DNA of 64,000 nucleotides from Thermoanaerobaculia bacterium (GTDB lineage: Bacteria; Acidobacteriota; Thermoanaerobaculia; Multivoradales; Multivoraceae): contig OY761158.1 of assembly GCA_963664405.1 (NCBI GenBank), positions 1,120,001 through 1,184,000 on the forward strand, written 5' to 3'. The notes under the pieces were generated by a model. That model did not search any database. It was not told where the DNA came from and was given only the letters and a program-made list of their open reading frames with translations. Shown here in pieces: positions 28,602-39,338 of this stretch. Each line of letters opens with the position of its first letter. The stretch's first letter is position 1. A program made the position numbers and the translations under genes.

Positions 28602-30653
28602 TCAGCGAAGCTCGCCGCGTTCCTCGCGATACATCGCCCAGCCTCCCTCGATCGCGGCGACGAGCTCCGGTCCTACGGCACGCAACGCCTCATCCGCCTT
28701 CTCCGACACGTTCAGACCGGTGTACTCGACACGCTCGCTCCAACCGGGTCCGAGGGCTTGCTGGCCGCCGGTGAGAAAGCCGTGAACACGAAGCTCCGAG
28801 GTGAGGGCAAAACTCCGCCGCCCCAAGTAGTAGAGCTCCCGCTCGCCTAGGAACTCTGCTTCCGCCAGTACTACGGAGTGGACATCGTTGATGGCGAGAT
28901 AGGGAGCGATGAGAGCCAGGTCCACGTCACCCGAGCCGACCAGGCCGCGAATCTCCGGCATGGCGTGCTCGTCGACGATCTCGAAACCACGCAGTGCGAG
29001 CTCGTTTTCCAGAACCTCCTCGGCCGCGGCAGCGAGGGTGGCTTCGCCTATTCCGAGGACCACCAGCCGAGGAACGGCCGGTAGCGGCTGGCGCCTCTGC
29101 GCGACCTCAGTGGTCCCGACATTGGCCGCCGGCTCTCGGGGGAGATGGCGGGCGGCGAGCTCGCCGTCAGCTCTGCTTTCGATGCCGTTAGGCACTGCAA
29201 TTGGCTCTTGCACCGGCGTCGCTTCCTCACCGACATGGTTGGCGAGCTCTAGCGCAGAATGTGGCGCGCCATCAGCCGCGGCGCCCGGCCCCTGCACCGT
29301 TCTCTCGGCGACCTGGCGCTCTGCACGGGTCGCGATCTCGATCGCACCCTCGACAGTTTGCTCGCTAACCTGAAGCTCTTCTTTCTCGGTGGCCGGAAGT
29401 GCTTCGCCCGCGCTGACCTCGGCCGCGACCTGGTCTGAACCACGGCTTCCCACCCACGCCGACAGCACTCGCTTGCCGAGGAAAAGACCCGTACCGGCGA
29501 CCCCTACCGCGAGCAGTAAAAGGAGGACGGCGACGAGAGCGACTCGGCGGGCTGGTGCGCCATAAGCTCCGGATTGGGGCACTCCCTCAGGCTGGGGATT
29601 CGCGTCCTCACCCGGCTGGATCGTGGTTGCCGCCGAAGATGCTGCTTGAGCTGCGTCCGCAGGTGCGGCGGGAGGCGCGGGCGGCTGATCAGGCGTCGTT
29701 TCACGGATCTCTTCAACCCGGATCGTGGCCGAGAGCGGAGGGGAGTCCGGGACGGCCGCGGGCGGCGGCGGTACAAAGAGCGGCGGCGGCATCACCGCCG
29801 TCGAGGTGCCGCTAGCTCCAATTGACTGGCTGAGGCCTTCGAGATAGCTGTCGAGGTCGCTGATCACCTCATGGCAGCTCTGGTAGCGCTGCGCCGGGTC
29901 TTTGGCGAGCATCTTCGTAACGATTCCGTTCAGCTCCGCGCTGACGCCGGAATCGAGCTCATCGAGCGGCGGTGGCTCCTCGTAAAGAATCTGGCGAATG
30001 ATCGCGAGGGGGCTGTTGCCCTCGAATGGGGTAGTTCCCGCGAGCATCTCGTACAGGGTCATTCCAAGTGAGTAGATGTCGCTGCGCGCGTCGGCCGCCG
30101 TGCCCTCGCACTGCTCGGGAGCGAGATACCCCGGGGTTCCCATCAACATACCGGTAGCAGTCAACCTCGTCCCAGCGTCGTCGGGCTGAAGAGCGAGGCC
30201 GAAGTCGGCGATCTTCACCAAGTCGCCCTTCGTCAGCATCAGGTTCGCGGGCTTGATGTCACGGTGCACCAAACCCTGGTCGTGGGCGTCGGCGAGCCCA
30301 GACGCGGCTTGGCGCCCCAGCCTGGCAGCCCGCGCCGGCTCGAGGGCCCCCTCTTTCTTCAGGACGTCCCTGATCGAGGGTCCCTCGACGAACTCCATGA
30401 CGAAGTAGGGAACCCCCTTCTCGTCACCGATATAGTAAATCTGGGTGACGTTGGGGTGCGAGAGGCTCGCGGCACTCTGAGCCTCGCGCCTGAAACGGGT
30501 GACGAAATCCTGGTCCTCGGTGAGGTGCTCCGCCAGGACTTTGATCGCCACGTAGCGATTCAGGGACTCCTCGTAAGCCCTGTAGACGACGCCCATGCCG
30601 CCACGGCCAAGCTCGTTGACGACGCGATAGTGACCAAAGAGTTTCTCTTCCAC
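28602..30653 (-). CDS. membrane Ser/Thr protein kinase with extracytoplasmic C-terminal domain
   Basis: GRGGMGVVY, VAIK, HRDIKPAN, DFG and YLAPE; Pro/Ala linker; TM VALVAVLLLLLAVGVAG. Confidence 0.92.
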   Translation of the reverse strand: MEEKLFGHYRVVNELGRGGMGVVYRAYEESLNRYVAIKVLAEHLTEDQDFVTRFRREAQSAASLSHPNVTQIYYIGDEKGVPYFVMEFVEGPSIRDVLKKEGALEPARAARLGRQAASGLADAHDQGLVHRDIKPANLMLTKGDLVKIADFGLALQPDDAGTRLTATGMLMGTPGYLAPEQCEGTAADARSDIYSLGMTLYEMLAGTTPFEGNSPLAIIRQILYEEPPPLDELDSGVSAELNGIVTKMLAKDPAQRYQSCHEVISDLDSYLEGLSQSIGASGTSTAVMPPPLFVPPPPAAVPDSPPLSATIRVEEIRETTPDQPPAPPAAPADAAQAASSAATTIQPGEDANPQPEGVPQSGAYGAPARRVALVAVLLLLLAVGVAGTGLFLGKRVLSAWVGSRGSDQVAAEVSAGEALPATEKEELQVSEQTVEGAIEIATRAERQVAERTVQGPGAAADGAPHSALELANHVGEEATPVQEPIAVPNGIESRADGELAARHLPREPAANVGTTEVAQRRQPLPAVPRLVVLGIGEATLAAAAEEVLENELALRGFEIVDEHAMPEIRGLVGSGDVDLALIAPYLAINDVHSVVLAEAEFLGERELYYLGRRSFALTSELRVHGFLTGGQQALGPGWSERVEYTGLNVSEKADEALRAVGPELVAAIEGGWAMYREERGELR

Positions 30654-30832
30654 TTCCCACAGGCTAGCAGAGCTGAGCCGACAAAAGGCCGAGACCAGGC
30701 CGAATTGCTCGTGGCCGCCCTGTGCTTGAAAGTAAGCGCAGGCCGGTTTATTGTCCGGTCATAAGAGCCTAGAGACGGCGGAGCGCTGCGCTAGTGGCGC
30801 TCCAACCCACCGGCGAGGAGGACAACGGCCCG

Positions 30833-32284
30833 ATGAAGAGCACAGCGACTACCAAGGCTACCCTCCGCTTTCTAGCAGCGCTGATCTTCGCAACAGTGGC
30901 CGGGGCAGCCGAGCGAAACAACATCGTCCTCCTATTCGCCGACGACCTCGGTTATGGCAGTGTGTCTTCGTACGGAGGTGAAGTTCCGACGCCGCATATC
31001 GACTCGATCGGGCGCAACGGCGTTCGCTTCACTTCGGGCTATATGACCGCGCCGGTCTGCAATCCCTCCCGCCACGGCTTGTTGACCGGGCGCTATCAGC
31101 AACGCTGGGGCAAAGAACAGAACTCCCAGACCGAGCCTCCGCAAGGGCAGCGGGGCCGGGGAGACCTACCGCTCGAGCAGAAGACGATCGCCGATGCCTT
31201 GAAGAAAGTCGGCTACACCAACGGAGCCCTCGGCAAGTGGCAGCTGTCGATGGCGGACGGCTACCACCCGCTCGACCGAAGTTTCGACTACTTCGTCGGC
31301 ATGGCCTCCGGAATGCCCCATCTCGATCCGAGCTGGCCCGATGCACACGTCGCTCCCGAGCCCCCGCCCGACCCCATCATCTATACCTCGGCCGCCGAAC
31401 AGGCGGCACGAGAAGCTCCTTTGGCACCCAGGCACCTCTTCCGCGGCCGCCAGCAGATCGAGCGCGATGAGTACCTGACCGATCTCCTGGCGAAGGAAGG
31501 CGTCGCGTTCATCGATAGGAACAAGGATCGTCCCTTCTTTCTCTACCTTCCTTTCTACGCGGTGCACGGCCCCATCCAGGTGACCGACAAGTATTACCAG
31601 CGCTTCCCGCAATACAAGACCGAGCATCGACGCATCTACGCGGCGATGATCAGTGCGCTCGACGATGGGGTCGGCACCATCCTCGCCAAGCTTCGAGAAG
31701 AAGGTCTCGAAGAGAAGACCCTGGTGATATTCACCAGCGACAACGGCGCCCAAGGGACCTACGACATCGATCGGGTATACAACGTGCCACTGACGGGCCA
31801 CAAGCGCAATCTCTACGGCGGCGGCATTCGCCTTCCCTATCTGATGCAGTGGAAGGGACGGATCCCGGCCGGGCAGGTAAACACCCACCCCGTGAGCTCA
31901 CTCGACATCTTCCCGACTGCGTTGGCGGCTGCCGGCGAGGAAGATGTCGATACGTACCGACTCGACGGCGTCAACCTGCTCCCCTACCTCGAGGGAGACA
32001 AAGAGGGCGCACCCCACGAGTATTTGTTCTGGCGATCCGGCCACAACGGCGCCGTGCGCCACGGACAGTGGAAGCTGCTGCTTAGCGGATCGGACATCAA
32101 ACGCCTCTACAACGCCGACGAAGACAAGAGTGAATCGAAAGACCTGTCTGCGAAACACCCCGAGCTGGTCGAGAGGATGAAGAAGGCCTTCGCCCGATGG
32201 AGCAAAGAGATGGCACAGCCGAGGGAGTCGTCGCGAAGGATCAAGACGCACTACAACGGTGACGAGATAGAGTGGCATATCTGA
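30833..32284 (+). CDS. sulfatase (Cys-type, formylglycine-dependent)
   Basis: NIVLLFADDLG, CNPSR.GLLTGR, GKW and FTSDNG; signal peptide. Confidence 0.93.
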   Translation: MKSTATTKATLRFLAALIFATVAGAAERNNIVLLFADDLGYGSVSSYGGEVPTPHIDSIGRNGVRFTSGYMTAPVCNPSRHGLLTGRYQQRWGKEQNSQTEPPQGQRGRGDLPLEQKTIADALKKVGYTNGALGKWQLSMADGYHPLDRSFDYFVGMASGMPHLDPSWPDAHVAPEPPPDPIIYTSAAEQAAREAPLAPRHLFRGRQQIERDEYLTDLLAKEGVAFIDRNKDRPFFLYLPFYAVHGPIQVTDKYYQRFPQYKTEHRRIYAAMISALDDGVGTILAKLREEGLEEKTLVIFTSDNGAQGTYDIDRVYNVPLTGHKRNLYGGGIRLPYLMQWKGRIPAGQVNTHPVSSLDIFPTALAAAGEEDVDTYRLDGVNLLPYLEGDKEGAPHEYLFWRSGHNGAVRHGQWKLLLSGSDIKRLYNADEDKSESKDLSAKHPELVERMKKAFARWSKEMAQPRESSRRIKTHYNGDEIEWHI

Positions 32285-33711
32285 GAGCCCTCACGGCGTG
32301 CATAGCGGCGCTGTGTTCCACTAGCACTTCTCCCGCAGCGAGCCAGGCCAAGCCGAACATCGTCATCCTGGTAGCCGACGACCTGGGCTGGAAAGACGTC
32401 GGCTTCCACGGCGCCGAGTTTCCGACCCCGCATATCGATCGGATCGCGGCAGAGGGAGTCGAGCTCTCGCGTTTCTACGCCACTCCGGTCTGCTCCCCTA
32501 CCCGGGTTGGATTGATGACCGGGAAGCATCCCATCCGCTTCGGTCTGGCGCGGGCGACGATCAAAGAATGGACCCCTCAGCTCGGAGTCCCCTCGACTGA
32601 AGAGACGGTCGCCGAGATGCTGGCTCGCGCCGGGTATTCACCGCGCGGCGCCTTCGGGAAGTGGCACCTGGGATGGGGCAAGGACTTCCACCCCTACCGG
32701 CAGGGCTTCACCGACTTCGTCGGTCACTACGGCGGCTCCATCGACTATTTCAAGCACACCCGAGCGGGGATGGTCGACTGGCACCACGGCTACTCGCTGA
32801 GCGACGAGCAGGGCTACAGCACACAGCTCATCGGCGAGCATGCCGTTCGCTTTGTCGAGAGGTGCTCAGCGGGACAGCCCTTCTTCCTCTACGTCTCCTT
32901 CAACGCGATTCACACCCCCAACCACGTGCTCAAAGAGCACATGCTGCGGAACGCAAAGATCGAGCCTTTGAATCGGCGAGAGAAGGCAGCGATGACCACC
33001 TCCATGGACGACGAGATCGGCAAGGTGCTCGGCGCGCTCGATGACAAAGGCATCGCCAACGAGACTCTGGTGCTGTTCTTCAGCGACAACGGAGGCGTAC
33101 CGCCATCGGGCTCGAGCAACGAGCCGCTGCGGGGCCGCAAGCACACGGTCTACGAGGGAGGCATTCGAGTTGCTGCGGCGGCCCGCTGGCCGGCAGCCGG
33201 AATCTCCGGCGGCAGCCGGATCACCGCGCCGCTATCTATTCTCGATGTCTTCCCCACCCTGATCCATGTCTCGGGACTCACTCGGCGCGAGGGTGGGGGT
33301 GGGGACGGCAAGAACGTCATCGAGATTCTGCAAGGCAAGGTGGACGCGCGGGACGATTTCGAGTTCTACGCCTATTTCAACGGTAAGTTCATCACCGGAA
33401 ACGACCCACTGACGGATGCAAAGAGACGAGAGCACACAGCCGTCATCGACGGCGAGTGGAAGTTGTTGCGGGAAGGTCCGAATCTCGATCTTGCGCCCGA
33501 TCCGGCCGCAGACGCCAGGCTGGAGCTCTTCCACCTCCGCGATGATCCCAACGAAGGGGATAACGTCGCCGCCGCACATCCGGAGAGGGTCTCGAATCTG
33601 CTCGAGAAGATCGTGCGCTTCCGCCGACTCAAGCCGGCAGACGCGACGCCGATTCCCCTCTACGAGCCTGAGGGCTGGAAGCCACCGAAGAGTTGGAGAG
33701 TCGCGGAGTGA
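32272..33711 (+). CDS. arylsulfatase B-like sulfatase
   Basis: PNIVILVADDLGW, CSPTR, GKWHLG, SDNGG and YEGGIRV; signal peptide. Confidence 0.93.
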   Translation: MAYLRALTACIAALCSTSTSPAASQAKPNIVILVADDLGWKDVGFHGAEFPTPHIDRIAAEGVELSRFYATPVCSPTRVGLMTGKHPIRFGLARATIKEWTPQLGVPSTEETVAEMLARAGYSPRGAFGKWHLGWGKDFHPYRQGFTDFVGHYGGSIDYFKHTRAGMVDWHHGYSLSDEQGYSTQLIGEHAVRFVERCSAGQPFFLYVSFNAIHTPNHVLKEHMLRNAKIEPLNRREKAAMTTSMDDEIGKVLGALDDKGIANETLVLFFSDNGGVPPSGSSNEPLRGRKHTVYEGGIRVAAAARWPAAGISGGSRITAPLSILDVFPTLIHVSGLTRREGGGGDGKNVIEILQGKVDARDDFEFYAYFNGKFITGNDPLTDAKRREHTAVIDGEWKLLREGPNLDLAPDPAADARLELFHLRDDPNEGDNVAAAHPERVSNLLEKIVRFRRLKPADATPIPLYEPEGWKPPKSWRVAE

Positions 33712-35216
33712 AGGGCTTTGCTCTCGCTCTCCTCTGCGTATCCGCGGCCACCACGGTCGCCCGCCCCGCCGCGGGCAAGCGGCCCAATATCCTCCTCATC
33801 GTCTCGGAAGACAACGGACCCGAGCTTGGCTCCTACGGTGACCCCTACGCCCAGACACCGGTCCTCGACGAGCTTGCCGAGAGTGGGGTTCGCTTCGAGC
33901 GAGCTTACGTTCCTCAAGCGGGTTGCAGCCCCTCTCGGGCAGCCTTCCTCACCGGCCTATATCCCCATCAGAACGGGCAGATCGGCCTCGCGACCTGGAA
34001 CTATCGGATCTATCGCCACGACACCCCCAATGCAGCTAAGAGCCTCAAGAAGGTCGGCTACCGTACCGGAATCATCGGCAAGCTCCACGTCAATCCCGAA
34101 GAGGATTTCCCCTTCGATTTCATCCGCATTCACCACGCCGGGTTCCAGCGCGAAGAGCTGGGCGCGTACGCGGCGAGAGCGGGCGAATTCTTCGAGCAGT
34201 CCGATCGGCCCTTCTTCCTCTCGATCAACTATCCAGACGCTCACCGGCCCTTCCTGCGCCAGGCGGACGGGTTACCGAAGCACCCGCTCGTGGCCGAGGA
34301 GGTCGAGCCGCTCCCTTACATGGGGCTCGACTCTCCTGTGCTACGGAGGGATACGGCGGACTATTACAACTCCATCAGCCGGCTCGACAGTCTGATCGGC
34401 GATCTGCTGCAGGAGCTCCGCCGGGCCGGCAAGTTCGACGACACGCTGATCGTCTACATCGGCGATCATGGTGCCGACCTGCTTCGCGGCAAGAGGACCT
34501 GCTACGAGGGCGGCCTGCGGATTCCGATGATCGCTCGATGGCCGGGACGAAAAGCGAAGGGCGAAGTCCGCACCGAGCTCGTCTCCACCCTCGATCTTCT
34601 GCCCACCTTCCTCGAGGCGGCCGGCGCCGAGCCGATCCGAGGGCTACCGGGCCGATCACTCGAGCCTCTCCTCAGCGGAGAAAGTGTCGCCTGGCGCGAG
34701 CTTCTCTTCACCGAGTACCACGTTCATTCAAACCACAACTATTACCCGCAGCGTGCGGTCCGGAACCAGCGCTACAAGCTGATCTGGAACCTGATGCCCG
34801 GCGAAGTGAACCCCGGGTACGACTTCACTATCGACAAGTTCATCGGCGCCGAGGAAATGAAGACTGCGCTGAGCGGGGCGTCGGAAGCGATCCGAAAGGC
34901 CTACGAAATGATGCGTCGGCCTCCGGAGCTCGAGCTCTACGATCTCGCGGAAGATCCTTTCGAATTTCAGAATCTCGCCGACGACCCACAACACGTCGGG
35001 ACTCTTGGCGAGTTGAAGGACGCACTGCTGGCGTGGCGACGGGAGACGGACGACCCCTTCCTCGACCCCGTGAAGGTGAAGCGCCTCCAGGCCGAGATCG
35101 AGGCCACTCGCAAGAATGGCGAGTACCAGAGACCCGAGAGCTGGCGCTACCCCGAATATCTCGCCCCGGCCAAGCCGCCGTGGAGCGATGGCAGCGAATC
35201 AGGAGCAAGTCTGTGA
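33708..35216 (+). CDS. sulfatase, N-sulfoglucosamine sulfohydrolase (sulfamidase)-like
   Basis: PNILLIVSED, CSPSR..LTGLYPHQNG, GKLHV, D.HRPF, GDHG and ELYDL..DP.E..NLA; GTGA overlap with the previous gene. Confidence 0.9.
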   Translation: MKGFALALLCVSAATTVARPAAGKRPNILLIVSEDNGPELGSYGDPYAQTPVLDELAESGVRFERAYVPQAGCSPSRAAFLTGLYPHQNGQIGLATWNYRIYRHDTPNAAKSLKKVGYRTGIIGKLHVNPEEDFPFDFIRIHHAGFQREELGAYAARAGEFFEQSDRPFFLSINYPDAHRPFLRQADGLPKHPLVAEEVEPLPYMGLDSPVLRRDTADYYNSISRLDSLIGDLLQELRRAGKFDDTLIVYIGDHGADLLRGKRTCYEGGLRIPMIARWPGRKAKGEVRTELVSTLDLLPTFLEAAGAEPIRGLPGRSLEPLLSGESVAWRELLFTEYHVHSNHNYYPQRAVRNQRYKLIWNLMPGEVNPGYDFTIDKFIGAEEMKTALSGASEAIRKAYEMMRRPPELELYDLAEDPFEFQNLADDPQHVGTLGELKDALLAWRRETDDPFLDPVKVKRLQAEIEATRKNGEYQRPESWRYPEYLAPAKPPWSDGSESGASL

Positions 35217-37810
35217 GCCGAGCTGTCGCCTCCGTCCTGCTGATCGGACTCTTCGCCCCGCCGGTGAGGAGCGAGATGCCTGCGGGCTACACCATCCCCA
35301 CCGTCGACCTCGCCGCCGAGACCTTTCGTCAAGTGGTCGTCGACCGCGAGGCGGGCCAGTACCTTGGGCACCCCTCTACTCTGCTGCTGCCCGACAACAA
35401 GACCTTGCTCATCACTTATCCGAAAGGGCATGGCCGCGGCGGAATCATCTACAAGAGGAGCTACGACGGCGGAGTGACCTGGACCGATCGCCTGCCGGTG
35501 CCGGAGAACTGGTCCACCTCGCTCGAAGTGCCGACCCTCTTCCGCCTGATCGATCCGAAGGGGGTGCCGCGAATCTTGATGTTCTCGGGCAAGGGAGATG
35601 TCGTTCGCGTCGCCCGCTCGGAAGACGACGGCGAGACCTGGACGCCGCTGCAGCCGATCCGCACCGACGGCCCCGACTTCAGCGGCATCGTGACCATGGG
35701 GAGCATGGTCGCGCTCGACGACGGGTCGTATATGGCCTTCTTTCACGATGACGGTCGCTGGCTGCGCAGGCCGGCGGAACATCCCGAAGGCGAGCGTTTC
35801 AAGGTCTTCAAAACGCTGTCTGAGGACGGAGGGCTGAGCTGGTCTCAGCCCGAGGTGATCGCCGAGCATCCACAGGCTCATCTGTGCGAGCCCGGCGCGC
35901 TACGCTCCCCCGACGGCAAGCAGATCGCGGTGCTGCTTCGCGAGAACAGCCGCCGGCTCAACTCCTTTGTCATCTTCTCTGACGACGAGGGCAAGACCTG
36001 GAGCAATCCACGCGAGTTGCCGGCGGCGCTGACCGGGGATCGGCACACCGCCAGATACGCTCCGGACGGGCGACTCTTCATCAGCTTTCGCGACCAGACT
36101 CGCGACAGTCCGACCTGGGGCGATTTCGTCGGCTGGGTCGGCACTTACCAGGACATCGTCGACGGCGCAGAGGGCCAATACCGAGTGCGGTTGATGGACA
36201 ACCACGAACGAGCCGACACCACCTATCCCGGAGTGGAGCTCTTACCCGACGGCACTTTCGTCGTCACCACCTACGGCCATTGGGTGCCAGAGGAAGAGTC
36301 CTTCATCGTCAGTGTGCGCTTCAAGCTCGAAGAGCTGGACCAGCGAGCTGCCTTCTCCACCCATCAGCCCACCAGCATGGTTCTGGGTACGACACCCCAC
36401 GACACGCTCAGCACTGCGACGCCCGCGCAGCCGGCAGTCGCCCGGGCCGAGGTCGATACCACCGTGTCCGCTCAAAGCAAACCCAACGTGGTGTTCGTAG
36501 CTTTCGACGATCTCAACGATTGGTGGTTGGAGCCGGAGTCGCCTCTCCACATGCCCAACCTGGATCGTCTCGCTCGCCAGGGGATCTCGTTCACCCAGGC
36601 TTATACGGCTTCGCCGGCCTGCAACCCCTCGCGCGCCGCCCTCCTGTTGGGCCGCGCCGCCTCCTCCACCGGCATCTACGGCAATAGATCGGACTGGCGC
36701 CGAGCCCAGCCGGAAGCCGTCACCCTGCCCCGCTTCTTCATCGACCACGGCTACCGGGTCGAGGGTGCCGGAAAGATCTTTCACCACCATTTCAACAGTG
36801 CTTTCCATGACCCGGCTTCCTTTCACCACTTCCAGAAGATGCAGCTCGACGTGATGCCGCGCCGCAAGCTCAACGGCATCTACCACGGCGTCACCAGCCC
36901 GAACTACGACTGGGGACCGTGGCCGATGGCTGAGACCGAGGCACCGGACGTACGCACTGTCGACTTCGGCATCGACTTTCTCGAGAGGCCACACAGCGAG
37001 CCATTCTTCCTGGCGATCGGGATCTTCAGGCCGCATATGCCGTTCTTTGCTCCTCCAAAGTACTTCTCTCACTACCCGCGCGACCAGGTGGTGATGCCGA
37101 AGAGGCTGGAGGGCGATCTCGACGACATCCCCTCCGGCGGCATGGCGCTGTGGAGCGCCAACCGCCGCTTCTTCGACACCCTGAAGCGCGAGGAGGGTGA
37201 AAGCCCTGGTACCTGGGAGGCCGCGGTGCGTGCCTACCAGGCGTCCAGCACCTTTGCCGATCACCAGCTCGGCCGCCTCCTCGATGCCCTGGCGATGTCG
37301 CCGCATCGGAACAACACGATCATCGTGGTGTGGTCCGACCACGGCTATCACCTGGGAGAGAAGGAGCACTGGGAGAAATTCGCCCTATGGGAAAAGGCGA
37401 CCCGAGTGCCGCTGATCATCGTAGCCCCCGGGGTGACGCAGCCAGGTTCCCGGTCAACGAGACCGGTCAGTCTCCTCGATCTCTACCCCACTCTGATCGA
37501 GCTCGCGGGGCTGCCACGCAAAGACGATCTCGACGGGCTGAGTCTGGTTCCCCTATTGAAGGACCCGGCGCAGGAGAGGGCCCGACCGGCGGTGATGACC
37601 TACGGACGCGGCAACCACGCGGTGCGCTCCGAGCGCTGGCGTTACATTCGCTACGCCGACGGCAGTGAAGAGCTCTACGACGAAGAGGCCGATCCAAATG
37701 AGTGGCGCAACCTGGCAAGCGACCCCGCCCACACGAGAGTGATCGAAAGGCTGCAAGAGTGGCTGCCGAAACAAGACGCGCCACCGGTCGCGGACCTGGT
37801 CGTCCCGTAG
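35213..37810 (+). CDS. BNR/Asp-box (sialidase-like) beta-propeller fused to an iduronate-2-sulfatase/choline-sulfatase-like domain
   Basis: GTG 35213 overlaps the previous stop; signal peptide; Asp boxes SYDGGVTW, SEDDGETW, SEDGGLSW and SDDEGKTW; linker; PNVVFVAFDDLNDW, CNPSR, RPH.P and SDHGYHLGEK.HW.K. Confidence 0.88.
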   Translation: MSRAVASVLLIGLFAPPVRSEMPAGYTIPTVDLAAETFRQVVVDREAGQYLGHPSTLLLPDNKTLLITYPKGHGRGGIIYKRSYDGGVTWTDRLPVPENWSTSLEVPTLFRLIDPKGVPRILMFSGKGDVVRVARSEDDGETWTPLQPIRTDGPDFSGIVTMGSMVALDDGSYMAFFHDDGRWLRRPAEHPEGERFKVFKTLSEDGGLSWSQPEVIAEHPQAHLCEPGALRSPDGKQIAVLLRENSRRLNSFVIFSDDEGKTWSNPRELPAALTGDRHTARYAPDGRLFISFRDQTRDSPTWGDFVGWVGTYQDIVDGAEGQYRVRLMDNHERADTTYPGVELLPDGTFVVTTYGHWVPEEESFIVSVRFKLEELDQRAAFSTHQPTSMVLGTTPHDTLSTATPAQPAVARAEVDTTVSAQSKPNVVFVAFDDLNDWWLEPESPLHMPNLDRLARQGISFTQAYTASPACNPSRAALLLGRAASSTGIYGNRSDWRRAQPEAVTLPRFFIDHGYRVEGAGKIFHHHFNSAFHDPASFHHFQKMQLDVMPRRKLNGIYHGVTSPNYDWGPWPMAETEAPDVRTVDFGIDFLERPHSEPFFLAIGIFRPHMPFFAPPKYFSHYPRDQVVMPKRLEGDLDDIPSGGMALWSANRRFFDTLKREEGESPGTWEAAVRAYQASSTFADHQLGRLLDALAMSPHRNNTIIVVWSDHGYHLGEKEHWEKFALWEKATRVPLIIVAPGVTQPGSRSTRPVSLLDLYPTLIELAGLPRKDDLDGLSLVPLLKDPAQERARPAVMTYGRGNHAVRSERWRYIRYADGSEELYDEEADPNEWRNLASDPAHTRVIERLQEWLPKQDAPPVADLVVP

Positions 37811-37844
37811 GTGATAGGAGCCCGATGAGAGAAGGCCCCCGACG

Positions 37845-39338
37845 GTGATCAGCCGACGCAGCTTCTTGGCCCAGACCCTCGGCGCCGGCGTGGCGGCGAC
37901 AGCCAAGCGAGAGACAGCTGACCGCCTGAACGTGCTCTTCCTCGCCGTCGACGATCTGCGACCTGAGCTCGGCTGCTATGGGAACGGAAAAATCCATACG
38001 CCCAACCTCGACCGGCTCGCGGCCCGCAGTCTCCTCTTCGAGCGGGCCTACTGCCAAGCTCCCGTCTGCGGCCCTTCACGGGCCTCGCTGATAACCGGCC
38101 TGCGCCCAGACACCACCAGGGTGTGGGGCAACAAAGCCCGATTCCGCGACACTCTGCCGGAAGCGATCACTCTTCCCCAGCGATTCAAGCAGGCGGGATT
38201 CCATACCCGCTCTCTGGGCAAGATCCTGCACGGGAACAGAGCCGACCCGCGCTCGTGGAGCGTGCCCGCCTGGCCGGAAGGCGGGCGCCAGGCCGGTATG
38301 GAGTACGTCGACCAAGAACGGCTCGCGGCGATGCGAAAGGCGGAGCCCGATCGTGTCTGGCAGGGCGAGGAGATACCCACACTCGAGTGGACCAAGCTAC
38401 ATTCGTGGCAAGCGCCGATCGTAGCGGACAACGCACTTCAGGACGGAAAGGCTGCCGATCGCGCGATCGCCGCTCTTCGCGAGCTACGTAATCAGCCCTT
38501 CTTTCTCGCTGTCGGCTTTCAGAAACCGCACCTCCCTTTTACCGCCCCGAAGAAGTACTTCGACCTCTACGACCCGGCAACACTCTCGGTCGCAGCCGGG
38601 AGCCGACCTGCCGAAGCGCCGGCGGTGGCCTTCACCAACTGGGAAGAGCTCCGCGGCTATGCCGACATCCCGTCACAGGGTCCGCTGCCGGAGGGCAAGG
38701 CCCGCGAGCTGGTCCACGGATACTATGCGGCAACCAGCTACATGGACGCCCAGGCCGGACGGGTGCTCGACGAGCTCGACCGACTGGGTCTGGCGGAGCG
38801 CACGGTGGTTGTCCTATTCGGAGATCACGGCTGGCACCTCGGTGAACAGGACTTGTGGGCGAAGACCAACAACTACGAATTGGACGCGCGAGCTCCCTTG
38901 ACGGTGTCCGTGCCCGGGATGCGGGCCGCAGGTCGCAGCTGTGATCGCCTGGTCGAGCTGGTCGATCTTTACCCGACCCTGTGCGAGGCCTGCGTCATCG
39001 AGGCGCCCGCGGAGCTCGAAGGAACCAGCCTGATGCCGCTGCTGGAGGATCCGGATCTCCCCTGGAAGAAGGCAGCCTTCAGCCAGATTCCGCGGCCGTA
39101 CCTAAGCGATCATGACTGGAGCCAAATGGGCTACACCCTGCGCACCGAACGCTACCGCTACACCGAGTGGCGCAATCGAGACCGGACGGTGCACGCACGA
39201 GAGCTCTATGACTACGAGCTCGCACCCACCGAGACCGTCAATCTGGCCGGCCGCGCCGAGCATGCCGCGCTGGTCGAGGGGCTATCGAGGCAGCTGCAAG
39301 CCGGCTGGCGTCAAGCCTTGCCGGGCCGCGAGAAGTGA
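37845..39338 (+). CDS. Tat-exported iduronate-2-sulfatase-like sulfatase
   Basis: SRRSFL Tat motif; NVLFLAVDDLRP, CGPSRAS, KPHLPF and DHGWHLGE. Confidence 0.92.
   Translation: MISRRSFLAQTLGAGVAATAKRETADRLNVLFLAVDDLRPELGCYGNGKIHTPNLDRLAARSLLFERAYCQAPVCGPSRASLITGLRPDTTRVWGNKARFRDTLPEAITLPQRFKQAGFHTRSLGKILHGNRADPRSWSVPAWPEGGRQAGMEYVDQERLAAMRKAEPDRVWQGEEIPTLEWTKLHSWQAPIVADNALQDGKAADRAIAALRELRNQPFFLAVGFQKPHLPFTAPKKYFDLYDPATLSVAAGSRPAEAPAVAFTNWEELRGYADIPSQGPLPEGKARELVHGYYAATSYMDAQAGRVLDELDRLGLAERTVVVLFGDHGWHLGEQDLWAKTNNYELDARAPLTVSVPGMRAAGRSCDRLVELVDLYPTLCEACVIEAPAELEGTSLMPLLEDPDLPWKKAAFSQIPRPYLSDHDWSQMGYTLRTERYRYTEWRNRDRTVHARELYDYELAPTETVNLAGRAEHAALVEGLSRQLQAGWRQALPGREK

Noticed and set aside
34538-35212. 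225-aa N-terminal extension of the 1090-aa ORF
   Set aside because: Overlaps the preceding sulfatase in another frame and is Arg-rich noise; the signal peptide starts at GTG 35213.
35213-36350. Calling the propeller a bona fide sialidase (nanH)
   Set aside because: Asp boxes are present but there is no RIP motif; activity cannot be asserted.
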